Shown here in pieces: positions 40,925 through 54,277 of a DNA stretch of 64,000 bases. This DNA comes from Squalus acanthias. Its lineage: Eukaryota. The stretch lies in assembly GCA_030390025.1 (NCBI GenBank), contig CM059434.1, positions 25,234,001 through 25,298,000 of the forward strand. Reading direction: 5' to 3'. Under the pieces are notes generated by a model. It was not told the DNA's origin, did not search any database, and worked only from the letters and a program-made list of their open reading frames with translations. The position numbers and the translations under genes are program-made. Numbering within the stretch: position 1 is the first letter of the stretch; every line of letters begins with the position of its first letter.

Positions 40925-42275
40925 GAATGTAACCTACTTGCACCCTTTCCTACAATTATATTTAAAACAAGGCAGTTAAAGCTAAAGGAGTTTACACGGT
41001 TAAAATATTTTACAACAAATTATAACAGTAATATTCTCGAGACTTCCTCTCGGCAAAGTACACAACACACCCAAACAGATATATTACTCTGAACTTCAAC
41101 CTTCTGCTTCAGTAGTATAAGTAATAACAATGGGCGTGATTGTTGCAAAAGATAATTACATTTAAAACTGCATAACATTTCACTTTTGGTATACTTAGCA
41201 TATTACACAATAAAAAAGATTTTTTTTTTTTGTTTATTTGTAAGACGTTTTCTTAACTTGTCTTTTTTTTTTTAATTGTGTAAACTGCAAGATCTTAAAC
41301 TACTGTTGCTACTATAGGTCAGTGCCCAGGACTAGACACACAGGTTTTTAACGTTTAAAGTCAAGTAAATATTTTTTAAAGGATTAACTACTTAATTGAT
41401 TTGAACTTGATATCCAGTTTACTTTAATAAAATGTTCTATTAAAACAAAATGAACTTAATAGATTGACAGTGGGGCAAGGAAACCAATTAGTCTCTGTAC
41501 CATAGTCAATATGGGGCACTCCTCAGACCCTGCAGCCAATATCACTTAAACCAAAGTAGTTTGGCAGGAACAAAAAAAAATCGGTTATAATCTGTATTCA
41601 GAAACCTTTGTTTAAAAAAAAAATTCATTTAATTATGAAAATTAGAATAAATTGATATGTTTACTAAAATTGCAGGATGTTCAGTATCTAATTGGAATAA
41701 TTCAAACCTACGCAGGACAAGGTGAAGGGGTTTTCTTGCATCATAACTCATTGGTACTGCAGTCTCGATGAGTTTGCCTTTTGTCATTAAGATCTTGTCA
41801 GAACAATGTCTTGTTAATCTATTCAGTGGGAGAATCATTTAAATTAGTTTACAAGCCATTCTATAAAATAAGTATGTGCTTTAAACTTCGGCCCATCGAT
41901 TGCCCTTATACACAATTTTATGTAAAACCGAAAGCTCTCTGCAATTTCCTCTGGAGTTTGGTGAATTCTAATTACAGATTTGGCCCTAAAAAGAAAAGAT
42001 GCCATTCTACCATAGACTTTTATAAGCTCGCCTGTTAAAAAGGATATCAATTTCAAATGAAACTTGGGATTTTGAATAGTTTTCAGGGTTGCTCTTGTAC
42101 AGTAAAGGGGTATAATATAAATATTTTTAAGTTGAAGTAAACCTCATTTCTAATCCTACCAACCTATAATAGGAAAAGTGCTGCATATAAATCTCCATGT
42201 TGCGTTATGTCCTTAGTCCAGCATTATGTAATAATTGTATTATTTTCAGTGTTTGAATATGTAATGTTATGTCGG

Positions 42276-42605
42276 TCATGTGGCCCAAGATATAGCGGCG
42301 CTGTGCTCTTTGGCTTTCATTCTTAAGGCTGCAATGCTGGATGATTTTCGATCTGGTTCATTACTGATGTCAAATGCGTTGATGGCAGCCCCTAGCCCGG
42401 CAGTGCCAAAGAGACCACCCATATGTGTCTGTCCCACATGGCTGCCAGGGGCAGAAACACCCAGGAAGTCAGACACCCCACCTGGTGCATGTGCATGTGC
42501 GTGTGCATGTGGGGACATGCAAGATGTTACCGTTTCACAGGGCACAACACAAGCTGGCACCGGAGAGGAGGCACCGTTGTTACTGATCCAAGATGGGTTT
42601 TGTAT
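42276..42605 (-). CDS. ALX4: ALX homeobox 4, last exon (OAR/aristaless domain)
   Basis: ttcttccAG acceptor at 42607-42606, 330 bp. Encodes IQNPSW...[26 protein letters not shown]. Confidence 0.97.
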   Translation of the reverse strand: MQNPSWISNNGASSPVPACVVPCETVTSCMSPHAHAHAHAPGGVSDFLGVSAPGSHVGQTHMGGLFGTAGLGAAINAFDISNEPDRKSSSIAALRMKAKEHSAAISWAT

Positions 42606-43670
42606 CTGGAAGAAAAATAAACAGACCAAACGTTAATCGACCAACATAATATTCACGTTGGATTTTCTTTTCTCACTTATTTTTCTTCTGGTTAGTTTTA
42701 AGTGTGCTTTATTTTAATACTTTATAATCCTTTTTTTAAACTAGTTGTTCAACATCCTATTAGTGTGGATCACAGTCAATGTGCAGTATGTCCATTGCAA
42801 AGGAACACTTCTACCACTATAAGAGTCTGATTACTCTAGCAGTGCAGAATTCTTCTAAATTTTTAACACCGTCTTGGAAGACATGCTCACCTAAATATTG
42901 TACATTTTATATCATTATCTTCGGGTAAATATACATGCTCACTAGGTGCACTGGGTTTGAATAGTTTGACATCCCCTTGCCATGTGTTTTCAGAACCATT
43001 GCTGATGCATTATGAAGAAATAGAGCCTGTAGCATTACCCTGTCTCTGTGTGAAGTCCATGTTGTGTAGGATATCTGTGACTTTTTTAATGAGCCAAGTT
43101 TTTTTTTTTAAAAAGGACATAACGCAACATGGAGATTTATATGCAGCACTTTTCCTATTATAGGTTGGTATTGGGAGTGGAGCACTATTCCACTTGCCTT
43201 CAGTACTTGGGGTCAGTATTATGGGGCTAGGTGAAGTCTTTGTTCCTTAACCTGAATCGTAATATAGGACCTCCAGGTGCAGTACATTTTTTTTAATGTT
43301 TCATTAAATGTGGTTGCAGTTCCTGCCACATTGTGCCCAATTTTGTGTTATGGAAATGTGCCTCGTAGAAACTGGCAGAGAAGGGAGAGTTTCATTCCCA
43401 TAGTCTGGACTAGATTCAAGTTCTGGTCCAAGAATGAAAGGACATTGTTATAAAGCACTGTGCCATCTAGCCTTCATGACCAAAATGTTATAAATTTTAT
43501 GCAATATAGCTACAGAACAGGAAGTGGCCTTGGTGTTGGTATCCGAGCCAGAAAGAGGAATATCATTCCAGTAATGGGGATGGGGAGGGTACAAAGATGA
43601 TAATGTTGGATTTCTCCACAACAAGCTTCTGAAAGTGCTGATGGGGTTTACATAGGAACAAGAGTAGGCC

Positions 43671-45643
43671 ATAACCAGGGAAAGAGTAGGGCCCATTAGG
43701 GACCAAAGTGGCAATCTATGTGTAGAGCCGGAAGATGTAGGTGAGGTTTTAAATGATTATTTTGCATCTGTGTTCACTATGGAGAAGGACGATGTAGGCA
43801 TAGAAATCAGGCAGGGGAATTGTGATATACTTGAACAAATTAGCATTGAGAGGGAGGCGGTACTAGCAGTTTTAGCAGGCTTAAAAGTGGATAAATCCCC
43901 AGGCCCAGATGAGATGTATCCCAGGCTGCTGTGTGAGGCAAGGGAGGAGATTGCAGGGGCTCTGACACAAATTTTCAGAACCTCTCTGGCCACAGGGGAG
44001 GTGCCAGAGGACTGGAGAACAGCTAACGTAGTACCATTATTCAAGAAGGGTAGTAGGGATAAACCAGGGAATTACAGGCCAGTGAGCCTAACATCAGTGG
44101 TAGGGAAATTACTGGAAAAAATTCTGAGGGACAGAATTAGTCTCCACTTGGAGAGGCAAGGATTAATCAAGGATAGTCAGCATAGCTTTGTCAGTGGGAG
44201 ATCATGTCTAACCAATTTGAATTTTTCGAGGGGGGTGACTAGGTGTGTGGATGAGGGTAGTGCAGTTGATGTAGTCGACATGGACTTCAGTAAGGCTTTT
44301 GACAAAGTCCCACATGGGAGACTGGTCAAGAAGGTAAGAGCCCATGGGATCCAGGGCAATTTGGCACATTGGATCCAAAATTAGCTTAGTGGCAGGGGGC
44401 AGAGGGTGATGGTCGAAGGTTGTTTTTGTGACTGGAAGCCTGTGTCCAGTGGTGTACCGCAGGGATCGGTGCTGGCTCCCTTGCTGTTTGTAGCGTACAT
44501 TAATGATTTAGATATGAATGTAGGAGGTATGATCAGTAAGTTCACAGATGACATGAAAATTGGTGGAGTGGTAAATAGCGAGGAGGGAAGCCTCAGGCTA
44601 CAGGACGATATAGCCGGGTTGGTCAGATGGGCAGAACAGTGGCAAATGGAATTTAACCCTGAAAAGTGTGAGGTGATGCATTTTGGGAGGACTAACAAGG
44701 CAAGGGAATACACAATGAATGGTAGGACCCTAGAAAGGACAGAGGATCCTTGGTGTGCATGTACATAGATCCCTGAAGGCAGCAGGACAGGTAGATAAGG
44801 TGGTTAAAAAGGCATATGGGATACTTATATTCTATGCCTCGGCTAATGAAGGCAAGAGTGAGAAGTCGCACAACACCAGGTTATAGTCTAACAGTTTTAT
44901 TTGAAATCGCAAGCTTTCGGAGCTGCTGCCCCTTCGTCAAGCTCCGAAAGCTTGCGATTTCAAATAAAACTGTTAGACTATAACCTGGTGTTGTGCGACT
45001 TCTCACTTTTGTCCACCCCAGTCCAACACCGGCATCTCCGCATCATAGAATATAAGAGCAGGGAGGTTATGATGGAGCTGTACAAAACGCTAGTTAGGCC
45101 ACAGCTGGAATACTGTGTGCAGTTCTGGTCGCCACACTATAGGAAGGATGTGATTGCATTGGAGAGGGTGCAGAGGAGATTCACCAGGATGTTACCTGGG
45201 CTGGAGCACTTCAGCTATGAAGAGAGACTGGACAGGCTGGGGTTGTTTTCCTTAGAGCAGAGAAGGCTGAGGGGGGTCCTGATTGAGGTGTACAAAATTA
45301 TATGGGGCATAGATAGGGTAGATAGAAAGGAACTTTTCCCCGTTAGTAGAGGGGTCAATAACCAGGGGGCATAGTTTCAAGGTAAGGGGCAGGAGGTTTA
45401 GAGGGGATTTGAGGAAAAACCTTTTCACCCAGAGGGTGGTTGGAATCTGGAACTCACTGCCTGAAAGGGTGGTAGAGGCAGGAACCCTCACAACATTCAA
45501 GAAGCATTTAGATGAGCACTTGAAACGCCATAGCATACAAGGCTACGGACCAAGTGCTGGAAAATGGGATTAGAATAGATGGCTTGATGGCCGGCGCAGA
45601 CACAATGGGCCGAAGGGCCTCCTTCTGTGCTGTATGACTCTAT
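43671..45643 (+). mobile_element. CR1 LINE, 5'-truncated, in ALX4 intron 3
   Basis: KSPGPDEMYPR, GNYRPVSLTSVVGK, DFSKAFDKVPH, SGVPQGSVL, FTDDMK and [10 protein letters not shown] motifs. Tail TGTATGACTCTAT. Confidence 0.95.
44857..45046 (+). mobile_element. Penelope-like (PLE) non-coding 3'-end fold-back insertion nested in CR1
   Basis: Perfect 68-bp inverted arms (44857-44924 / 44940-45007). Same family as 60017-60588. Partial hammerhead motif, AATAAA, and terminus GTCCACCCCAGTCCAACACCGGCATCTCCGCATCAT. Confidence 0.8.
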
Positions 45644-48600
45644 TCAGCTCCTCCAGACTGTTCCACCATTCAATCACATCATTATCTACCTGCCTTGGTT
45701 CCTTAATAATTACCCTTGTTGGTAAATAATTAAAATATATTATTTTTCAATTTGGTATTCCTCTTTTAAATTTTTCATTTGAACCCTTGTCAACGTTTAG
45801 GTAAGAATTCAAAGAGGCGAGTTAATTGCTTACTATTTAAATTGTTCGGCCTTTCTTTTGAAAGTCGATTGGGTAACTGGAAGAGCCAAATAATTTGGAG
45901 AAACCACAAACCTGATTAGCAACAGCACCAGTGAGTGATTAACGTTTCCCTGGTAACTGGAATAGTCTGGCTATTTTGTTTGGGCTCTGCAGTACTCTTT
46001 TGATGCACACTAAACCAAATAAACTGTAACTAATAAAACATTAAATGAAACTTAACAAATTAAATTGAAATTTGGTTGGTTGGGGTGATAATGCACTCCA
46101 GTCCCTGCGGAAGGCCTCGAGCGTGCCGGCGGACACCGCGTGACCCATCTCCAGGGCCCCCGGGGCGCGTGGCTCGACAGTATGTTCGAAAAATAAGGCA
46201 GTAATTACCAATTTAACTTTACACTTTGGAGAAGGAGAATTCAGGTGAGATCTGTTACTTCCATTGATTGAGCAGTGCTCCTCTTTCACGCAAGTATTGG
46301 TTGATACGCAATTGGATTGTGATAAATGAGGCGGGTAGCAGCATATTATTCAGTGGGGGGCCTGATTTGCCAATAGAGAGAGAGTTTCTTTTTCAAAGCC
46401 GGTTGGTACACCCCATTGCCGTTACCGCGTGGTGGTAGGGTTGGGAATGTGATGCTGGGGCTCTTTAAACGGCGATGATTAAAGCAGAGAAAGGAAGCGA
46501 CGAAAAGCGGCTTGTTTCCTGAAGGCAGGGCTGATCACTCTCTGAGGGGCAGGAATTTTCTTGAGGCAGTAACTGTTAAAGTAAACTATCAATCATTGTC
46601 GGGATTAACCGGAGGAAAGGATTTGGCCTTGTACAGGTTGTTGGAACCTGGTACGTGGGGAATGTGGCACGGGGAGAGTTTGAGATGTCTAATTTATTCT
46701 CGGTGCAAATCAGCACCTCTAACGAAGAGTTCATGTGTGGGACTTTGTGCCTGACGCATAAACAAATGATTAATCTGACGGTACCCGGTAAGGTACTAAA
46801 CGGTGTGACTTTCTGCAACCCGTGCTAATGCTTGGAGAAAGGAAATGGTTTAGCCATTGGGGACTAGCCTGGGCCTGGAGACTCCCGATGCAATCTGCCG
46901 CAGGTAGTTTAACACTACAAGGAGCGGCCCATCCCACCTGTCCCGTCAGTAGCTCAACTACAGCAATGCACATTCAACCCGTGTCCCTGCTCTTTTTCTA
47001 CTTTTATTATATTCCTTTTTATCCATCGCCCTTTTAAATGATGCAGCCTTTGCCTCGAGTCACTTGTGATCAATCCTTGCATGTCATTTAGCTGCAGGTG
47101 TCCCTATTGATTTTCCAGGCGATGGTGCTGAAGGAAATTATGAAATAATCTTTCGTCCAGACTATTCTCTTTTGGTCACCACCGAAGTAAATAGAATTAT
47201 TTTGTCGAATAACGCTTATAAAAACGTATTTTGCAAAAGTATTAAAATTACTATATTTTGACCAGCAACAGAATCATTATTGCAGCATTTGGGGCCTTTG
47301 CAGGGGAGTAAAGTGCAACGAGACTGAGTTAGGGAAGGAATGCAATTTGGGCCTGGTACTGATGTTTGAAGGTCTTTGCATTCCTCACAATTCCCTCTGT
47401 ATTTGCCTTTTGTTCCTATTGTAAACTTTGACCTGAAATGAATTAATCTGAAGTGTGCTGTGTACTGGGGCAGTGTAGGAACTTTAATATTTACTTGGTT
47501 TGCTAGTTTACTTAGTTGCACTTTCCCTTGATTACACATTGGTGGCTAATTGCGGACCGTCTTGTAACTACAGTGATCCTGCTCTGTGTAATGGATGATG
47601 ATCGACGAAGAAATTCCTTTCATGTAACGGGGCTCGACATTGTACTGTGATCGCCGGTTTGGTAACACATTTCTTTATAACGGGTGATCAGATATATATA
47701 TCTGCGAAATAACACGAGCCAATATAAGCTTGCTTCTAAATAATGGTGTTTGAGTGTTCCGTGTGCATGTCAAATTGTGCAAATGTCAGTTTATTTTAAA
47801 ACTTCATCATGATAGGGTGGGCTCAGCAATTTATGAGGGGGAGTAAAATAAACGAAAGTGTTTTGTAGACGACCTAACCAAACCATGTATTTTTTAGCAT
47901 TAGGTCATCTTTAGTAAAGCTCATTACACACTCCGCATGTGTCAATCATTGTACTTTAGAGCAGTAACCTATTTTACGCATATCTCTGGAAAAATAAACA
48001 CAGCTCCTCCATATATTTTAATAGTGTTTGCAATCAGTCTCGATTTAGCTCATTTCAAACTCCCTCCTCGCATTTCTCTCAAACTCCGCACTAAATAAAC
48101 ATAAAACATGCCGTTAAGGTCATTAGCAGGTGTTTATTCAACTCCAGTGATTTTTTAATTATGCTTAATCTGAAAATGTGGGCAGCTTTTCCCGCTTTGA
48201 TTCTTTCTGTTTATGGCCGCAGAATTTATTCATCTCGATCTTCAGGCATCTAAATGGGATTTGCTGTTCAAATCCTGTATCCAATAGTAGATGTTGCTTC
48301 TAAAATAGCCAGTGTCGCCACCCTGGACATGTCAGTCAGCCCACCTGCTCCAACGAACTCGATAAAATGGTTCCTACGTTAGCCGAAATGGTTCTTTACC
48401 CTGTCTGCACCAACCCTGGGACTCGACTGTCAATCAGACCGCTGCAGCATCTTGAAAAGTTTAAATATTGCACTTTGCTGGCTCCCAATGCATTTGATTG
48501 GGGTGGGGGATATCTCCCCTGCACATCAAAACCATAAACGCTTTCCTCATCACAAGTTTCTTTATGGTTTCTTTTTATGTACAAATTTAGAAGTTCGAAC

Positions 48601-49662
48601 AGTTCGTTAGTGAGGGAAAACATGACTAAGATGGATGTAATATCCTAAAGAACCCTGCACATTTAACTCAAAAAATCCTTGTAGCCTTCGGGGAAATGTT
48701 TATCAGATTTACAAAGACTGTAATCTATATAATTAAAAACATACATGGACTATATATTGCTGTTTTATAGTAACACCCAGAGAGATCACAACTGTGACTA
48801 TTTAAAATCCCCATTGAAATGTAGAGTCTCATCTTTACATGTGTGCACCATTGTGTGGATCTCTTTTCACAAACCTACTCCACCAGTGTATTGGCTCTGC
48901 TGGTTTTGATTTTCAACTACTCATTACTAAGAGCATTCAGACTGAACGAGAGAAATGTTCTTCAAAATGGGACCTGGCTGCAAAATGCTGCAGTTCATTA
49001 AACACACAATCATTGTGTCATATTATCCAGCAGAAATAGCTCTACAAATATTTCTTTGGCATGAAATAGCTGCAGAATGTTTAGCCATTCCCTGCAGAAC
49101 CAAACTTTAGAATATCTTAATATCGTCCTTTTGTTTTCCATGATTTAATCTTATACTGCCCAGATATTTGACAACAACTCTATTTGCATAAAAAATATAA
49201 ACTGAAAACCAGTTTAGAAATAGTGATTTCTATTATGAAATTTTAGACAAAGTTTGAATAACAGCTGAACTGATGCTAACAGTAGAAATCAGGAGGGTAT
49301 TCAAATCTATTTGGTTTGAATTGGTACATTTCATGATCAATACTGATATGGGAAAGCTCTATCCCAAATTCCCACACTGCAAAGAAGCTATGGAAATAAT
49401 TGTGTGTTTGTTTCTGTAAGGATCTTGATTTATCAGTTGCCTAATAGCACAACTATTTTGTGATTAATTTTACAACTAGCTTTTTTGCATTTATTGAAAT
49501 TCTACGCCAGAGTGATTGTGTCCTGTTTATACCTGGAAAGTTAATGATTACTAACTTTGAAGCACACCAGTCTCTTGCAATTGGGTCTCTTCCTCAGCTC
49601 AACAAAGTTGCAGCAGCTTTCTCTTGTACTTTCACACACCAATGCAGCAACACTAAAGATGG

Positions 49663-50362
49663 TGAGGTAGAATTTCCGCTCTGGGCACAATTGGGAAACT
49701 GGACATACATTGCGCTTGAAATTGCGCTGTTTTTCCGAAGTGAAGTTATGGTTCAAGTTTCCGCCTGAACTCATTTGCATGATAAATGTAAAATCTTCCA
49801 TGAACCAGCGCAATCGGTCACCATAATAGAATGTAACTTTTTTTTTGCATTTAAAAAATATTCATTGATGCATTTAAGAATGGTATCCTGGTGCAGTTTT
49901 ATTACTACAGCTGAAAATGAGTTTATCACCAAAAAAGCATTTTTAATTAGTGACTAGTCATGCATCTGTGACCTTTTTATCACTGAAAATGAGTTTTTAA
50001 AAAACTATACTGAACCATTTACTGGCTTCATTGGTGTACACTAATCAGTGTCTTTAGTAAATTAAATATTTAATATGTAAAAACTTCTAAAATATGTCTA
50101 CTAGTGACTGTGCGGCTTAAAAAAACCAGTTCAATTTAAAGAGCCTCCTCGAATGACTGAAACGGGTGCAATCGGCGGACACTCGCTGATTATTTCGATC
50201 GGGGTGTGGGCGGGGCTGGCTTCAGCAAAATGACTTTAAACCAGCATTAAAGATTGCGGAAACACAATTTACATTTGATGTAACTTGCGTTTAAAATTCC
50301 CTGATCTTTTGCGCTAGTTTGGCCAATTTTGCGCTGTTAATACTCGCGGAAACTCAATCCCC
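49663..50362. mobile_element. Older ~700-bp Harbinger-like MITE
   Basis: Degenerate TIRs GAGGTAGAATTTCCGC / GCGGAAACTCAATCCCC. CpG-bearing ends and an AT-rich core, as in 4423-5157. Confidence 0.55.
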
Positions 50363-50729
50363 TGTGTGAGAGTATGGTCCATGGCAGATGGATTTGATCT
50401 CTCGACCTGACTGACTGACCCCAGCACCTGGTGGTTCAAACCTGAACTGCAGATCTCAAACTACAGTGTAAATGCAGTCTTTGCAGTCGGTGCCCCAAAA
50501 AGCAAAGTTCAGCCGGGCCATGCTGGATAAAAAATTTTAACATATCTGAAATCCTTCTTCATGGAATTCTCTTTCCTGGGATGATCATGTTAACGTGCAC
50601 AAAGTCACACTGCGAGGAATTATGATGAACTCAGATTGGATTTTGTTGTGAATGGTCCCTTTCGGGTGCGTTTACACCGTTCGTTTCATGCTCGTGTGAA
50701 ATGGAATTGGCTTCACCTGATGAATTTGT

Positions 50730-51800
50730 GTGGTGTAAATTGTGTCCAAGCCTGAACTGACAGCAATGTACAGTAAGACTTTCTTCCCTTGGAGTCTCAT
50801 TCCATTTTGCTCCAATTTTAGTTCCAGCCCAGACTGCAGATTCAGACTGCATTTTACACGCTGCCCAAATTTTCCGAGATCCCGTTGCACCAGCATGGCC
50901 TTGTATGCAGCAGACGGCTTATTGTAAAATTTCAAGCGCATGGCCTGTGATTTTGATCCATTGATTTCACTGAAAAGAAAATTGCAGGGATTTTCCGATG
51001 AGCTACCTACTACATACGAGGTCCCACTGGTGGCCCAAAAAATTCTCACTATAACTGCAGCATCAGTGCAAATGGGTTCATTTTGCACCGATAAAGCACC
51101 CTTAATTCAGAGTTGAGGCCTAACCTGATGGCAGAGTGAAGCCGTGAGACTCCTTGGAAGGCATAGTCTTGCACTGCTTGACTGATACCATATGGAATAT
51201 AAGGATGCATTCACATTAACTTCACACCAATGCAAAACTGGCAGTGTAAGGGTGCATTTACCCTACAAGTTTAACATTGGTGTGAAGCCGCTTCATCTGT
51301 GCACTAACAAACTTGTGTAGTGTAAATTGGGTGCTGAGGCCCAGATTGACACCAAAGCAGAGTACGACTCCATCCTCCAAGGAGTCTCGCTCCATTTTCT
51401 TCTGATGTCAGGTCAGGCTGTGACTGATTTTGGCTTCCATTACACTCTAACTGCAGTATTGGTGTGAAGCAAACCCATTTTTTACTGATGTAGTTGTATT
51501 ATAAATACACCCTGTATCCAGAGTCAGGGCCTAGAAGTAGAATCAGACTCCTTGGAGGGGGTGGTCTTGCACTGCTTGAGTTTGACTGCATATATTGCAA
51601 TGGTGCATTTAACTATTTCTGTAGCACCAGCGCAATGCAATTTTGCTTCTCATTGATGTTGCAGTTAGTGTAATTGGAGACTGAATTTAGTGTATGGGTT
51701 TGACCTCAATGAAACTTCCTGGAGAAAGTAATCTTCTTGGAGTAAGTTTGTGCCTTGACACCTGACTCTCTCAGTTTAGCATCAGTTCAAGCAATTTGAA
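50730..51800. repeat. Degenerate array of ~200-bp units in alternating orientation
   Basis: AGACTCCTTGGA..GTCTTGCACTGCTTGA at ~51147 and ~51545 (+). Its reverse complement CCAAGGAGTCTC occurs at ~51377, with a similar copy at ~50787. Confidence 0.55.
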
Positions 51801-52575
51801 CTTTGCACCAATACTAAACTTGCCGAGTGTCAATCCACCATTAATCCAGTGCAGCGTCAATCCAGCTTGGCAAAGTGCTTGGGGTGTTTTGGGCCTCTCG
51901 AGTACTTTTGGAAACATATCTGATCCTAATTTAAATGTTTACAGAGCATTTACTCTTGACATTTAAATTCCTGACTTTTGGGAGACTTGTGTGTTCTCCT
52001 AAATGGGAGTTCCAGCAAGGCATGAGCCAAGCAAGGTTCTGACTGGAACTCGAACTGCAGCTATTGATCCAAGACTGGTAGCTACAGTGTAAATGCACAC
52101 TTTAGGTTATAATGTACTGAACAAAGGTCATTCAAAATAAATTTGTTTCTGCTGTTTTTATTACCAATTATGTTACTGATTCATAAATTTGTAACATTGC
52201 TGTAAGTTTCTGAAAAATATTATCCTAGGAGTCAGATGTCTTGCGATAAATGTCTATCTCGATTTTCCACATTCATGATTGTTTATTTGTTTGTGCAAAT
52301 AAATCTACACCGACTGCATGCAATATAATTTATTTTATAACTCAATTAAAATGGAGGCTAGCAACTGAAATTTTGACTACATGTTAATTGTTGCGAATCA
52401 TAGTCTACATTTAACACTTTCACTGCCTGGGTTTGTCAATTCTTCTCCTATATGGAATATTCAATGTCCTACCATTTTAAAAAATGCTCTATTCACATCA
52501 GTTGGGAAATATGAACCCGTCTCCTAATGGCCAGGTCTCCCAACACAACACTGGCCACAACTTGACACCACGAGA

Positions 52576-52880
52576 CCGAGGCCTCATCTGCTCTCTCAGG
52601 TGGATATAAAAGATCCCATGACACTATTTCGAAGAAGAGCAGGGGAATTCTCCCTGTGTCATGGCCAATATTTATTTATCCCTCAATCAACATCACTAAA
52701 ACAGATTATCTGGTTGTTGTCACATTGATGTTTGTGGGAGCTTGCTGTGTGCAAATTGGCTGCCACGTTTCCTACATTACAACAGTGGCTACACTTCAAA
52801 AAATAAAGTACTTCATTGGTTGTAAAGCGCTTTGGGACGTCCTCTGGTTGTGAAAGGCTCTATATAAATGCAAGTCTTTA
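52576..52880 (+). mobile_element. DeuSINE (SacSINE1/AmnSINE1-like), Deu domain plus tail, head missing
   Basis: CTCAGGTGGATATAAAAGATCCCATG...GAAGAAGAGCAGGGG...CAACATCACTAAAACAGATTATCTGG...GCAAATTGGCTGCC...CTATATAAATGCAAGTCTTT. Confidence 0.88.
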
Positions 52881-53479
52881 TACTATCCTAGATTTCCTGT
52901 CTGGCATTGAATCAGAAACACCTTTGCAGAGACACAAGAACTGAGGGTTAGGGGTACAGATATATTGCACAAAGGGAACTGGGAGCAGTTTTTCTTTTAA
53001 CTTGTAAAGAGGCATGGGGTCCTGATTTGTACTGGCACTGCCAAGATCATGGAGTCAGAGTTTGAAGCCATTTCTCCACTCTATTCACATTTGAGGTTAG
53101 CGTGATGTCCTCGCAATGTTGCGTGTTTTAATGACATTTTAGTTTAGACCCTTAAATTCTGAAGACTGCATTACACTGTGCAAATAAATTCTGGCTTCCA
53201 CTGTGTAACTCCCAGCTGCTGCCACGCATTTGACTTTCATACTGAAATTTGGGTAAAGACGCACCAAAGCTGCAGCCCAGCATGTTCCATTCAGCGTTGG
53301 GTGTGGGACCACCTGGACTACATTACTTCAGCTTCACATTAGTATCTGTATAACCACAACCTGTGTGGAGCAATTTTTTTTAACTATTAAAGCCCTCTCG
53401 GCTCTTTGCTAATCTTAAAAATTTCACTGGCAGTTCAATACTGGTGCCCAGACACATGCATTTAACTACCAGGCTTAAA

Positions 53480-53870
53480 GCATCTCAGTTATGAGGTGGG
53501 GGGGATTGAAGAGTCTGTTATTGTTTACTTTGGCGAAGAGAAGGCTCCAGGGAGATAGTCAAGCATTCAACATCCTTCGGGGAATGGATAACTTGAACCC
53601 TAATACAATGCTGGAGATTACCAGAAGGCGAGGGGGAGGGGGTTTCCAGGCTAGAGCTTAGAAGGAAGGAGGTGCCCAAACATTTTTAATTTAACTGCTT
53701 CTCGCAGAGAAGATCAGTGAATATCTACCTCTATAACTCTTTACACAGATAATGTGGGGAAAAAATTAAAGAACAGTGAATTAATATTTGAGGGTGGGTG
53801 ACTGAGCAGTACAGATTTTGGGGCCTGCCAGATGAATTGCAGAGTATTTTCCAGTCCTGTACATCCCTAT
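53480..53870 (+). mobile_element. Ancient CR1 3' remnant
   Basis: LAKRRLQGD..AFNILRGMDNLNP-like segment and a decayed 3' UTR. Confidence 0.5.
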
Positions 53871-54136
53871 ACTAGGTTACAGTGCACCGAGCTCTACTTT
53901 CCCTGAATTTTGAGTGGTAGAACAAGGCAGCATTACTTTGTGCTTCCCCTTCTCCCCACTCTAAAACAGTTGTGTCAAACAGTAGTTGAAGTATAACTGG
54001 TGCTAGGGTATTAGGGTGCTTTTACATTTGGCACTTCTGTAGTTCACCTGAAATAGTGATGTCCATGCACTGGCTTCCCACATTTTCATAGATTTACAAT
54101 TTTGTCATCAGAATAATGGAGCCAGTTTTTGCAGTA

Positions 54137-54277
54137 GGAGGTGAAATTCATCTTGGACAGTGACCGCCCGTTTTGCACTCCACTCAATTATGGTAAAGAA
54201 AATAGGGCAGGCGTGTAAAATTGGCTACCAATGTGCTATCGCCGGTTTTGCCCCCATACAGTACTAAAACTAACTCC
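54137..54277. mobile_element. Decayed short hairpin MITE related to 30167-30351
   Basis: GGTGAAATT...GCCCGTTTTGCAC...GAAAATAGGGCAGGCGTGTAAAA...AACTCC architecture. Confidence 0.45.

Noticed and set aside
42280-42636. 118-aa plus-strand ORF
   Set aside because: Antisense shadow of ALX4 exon 4.
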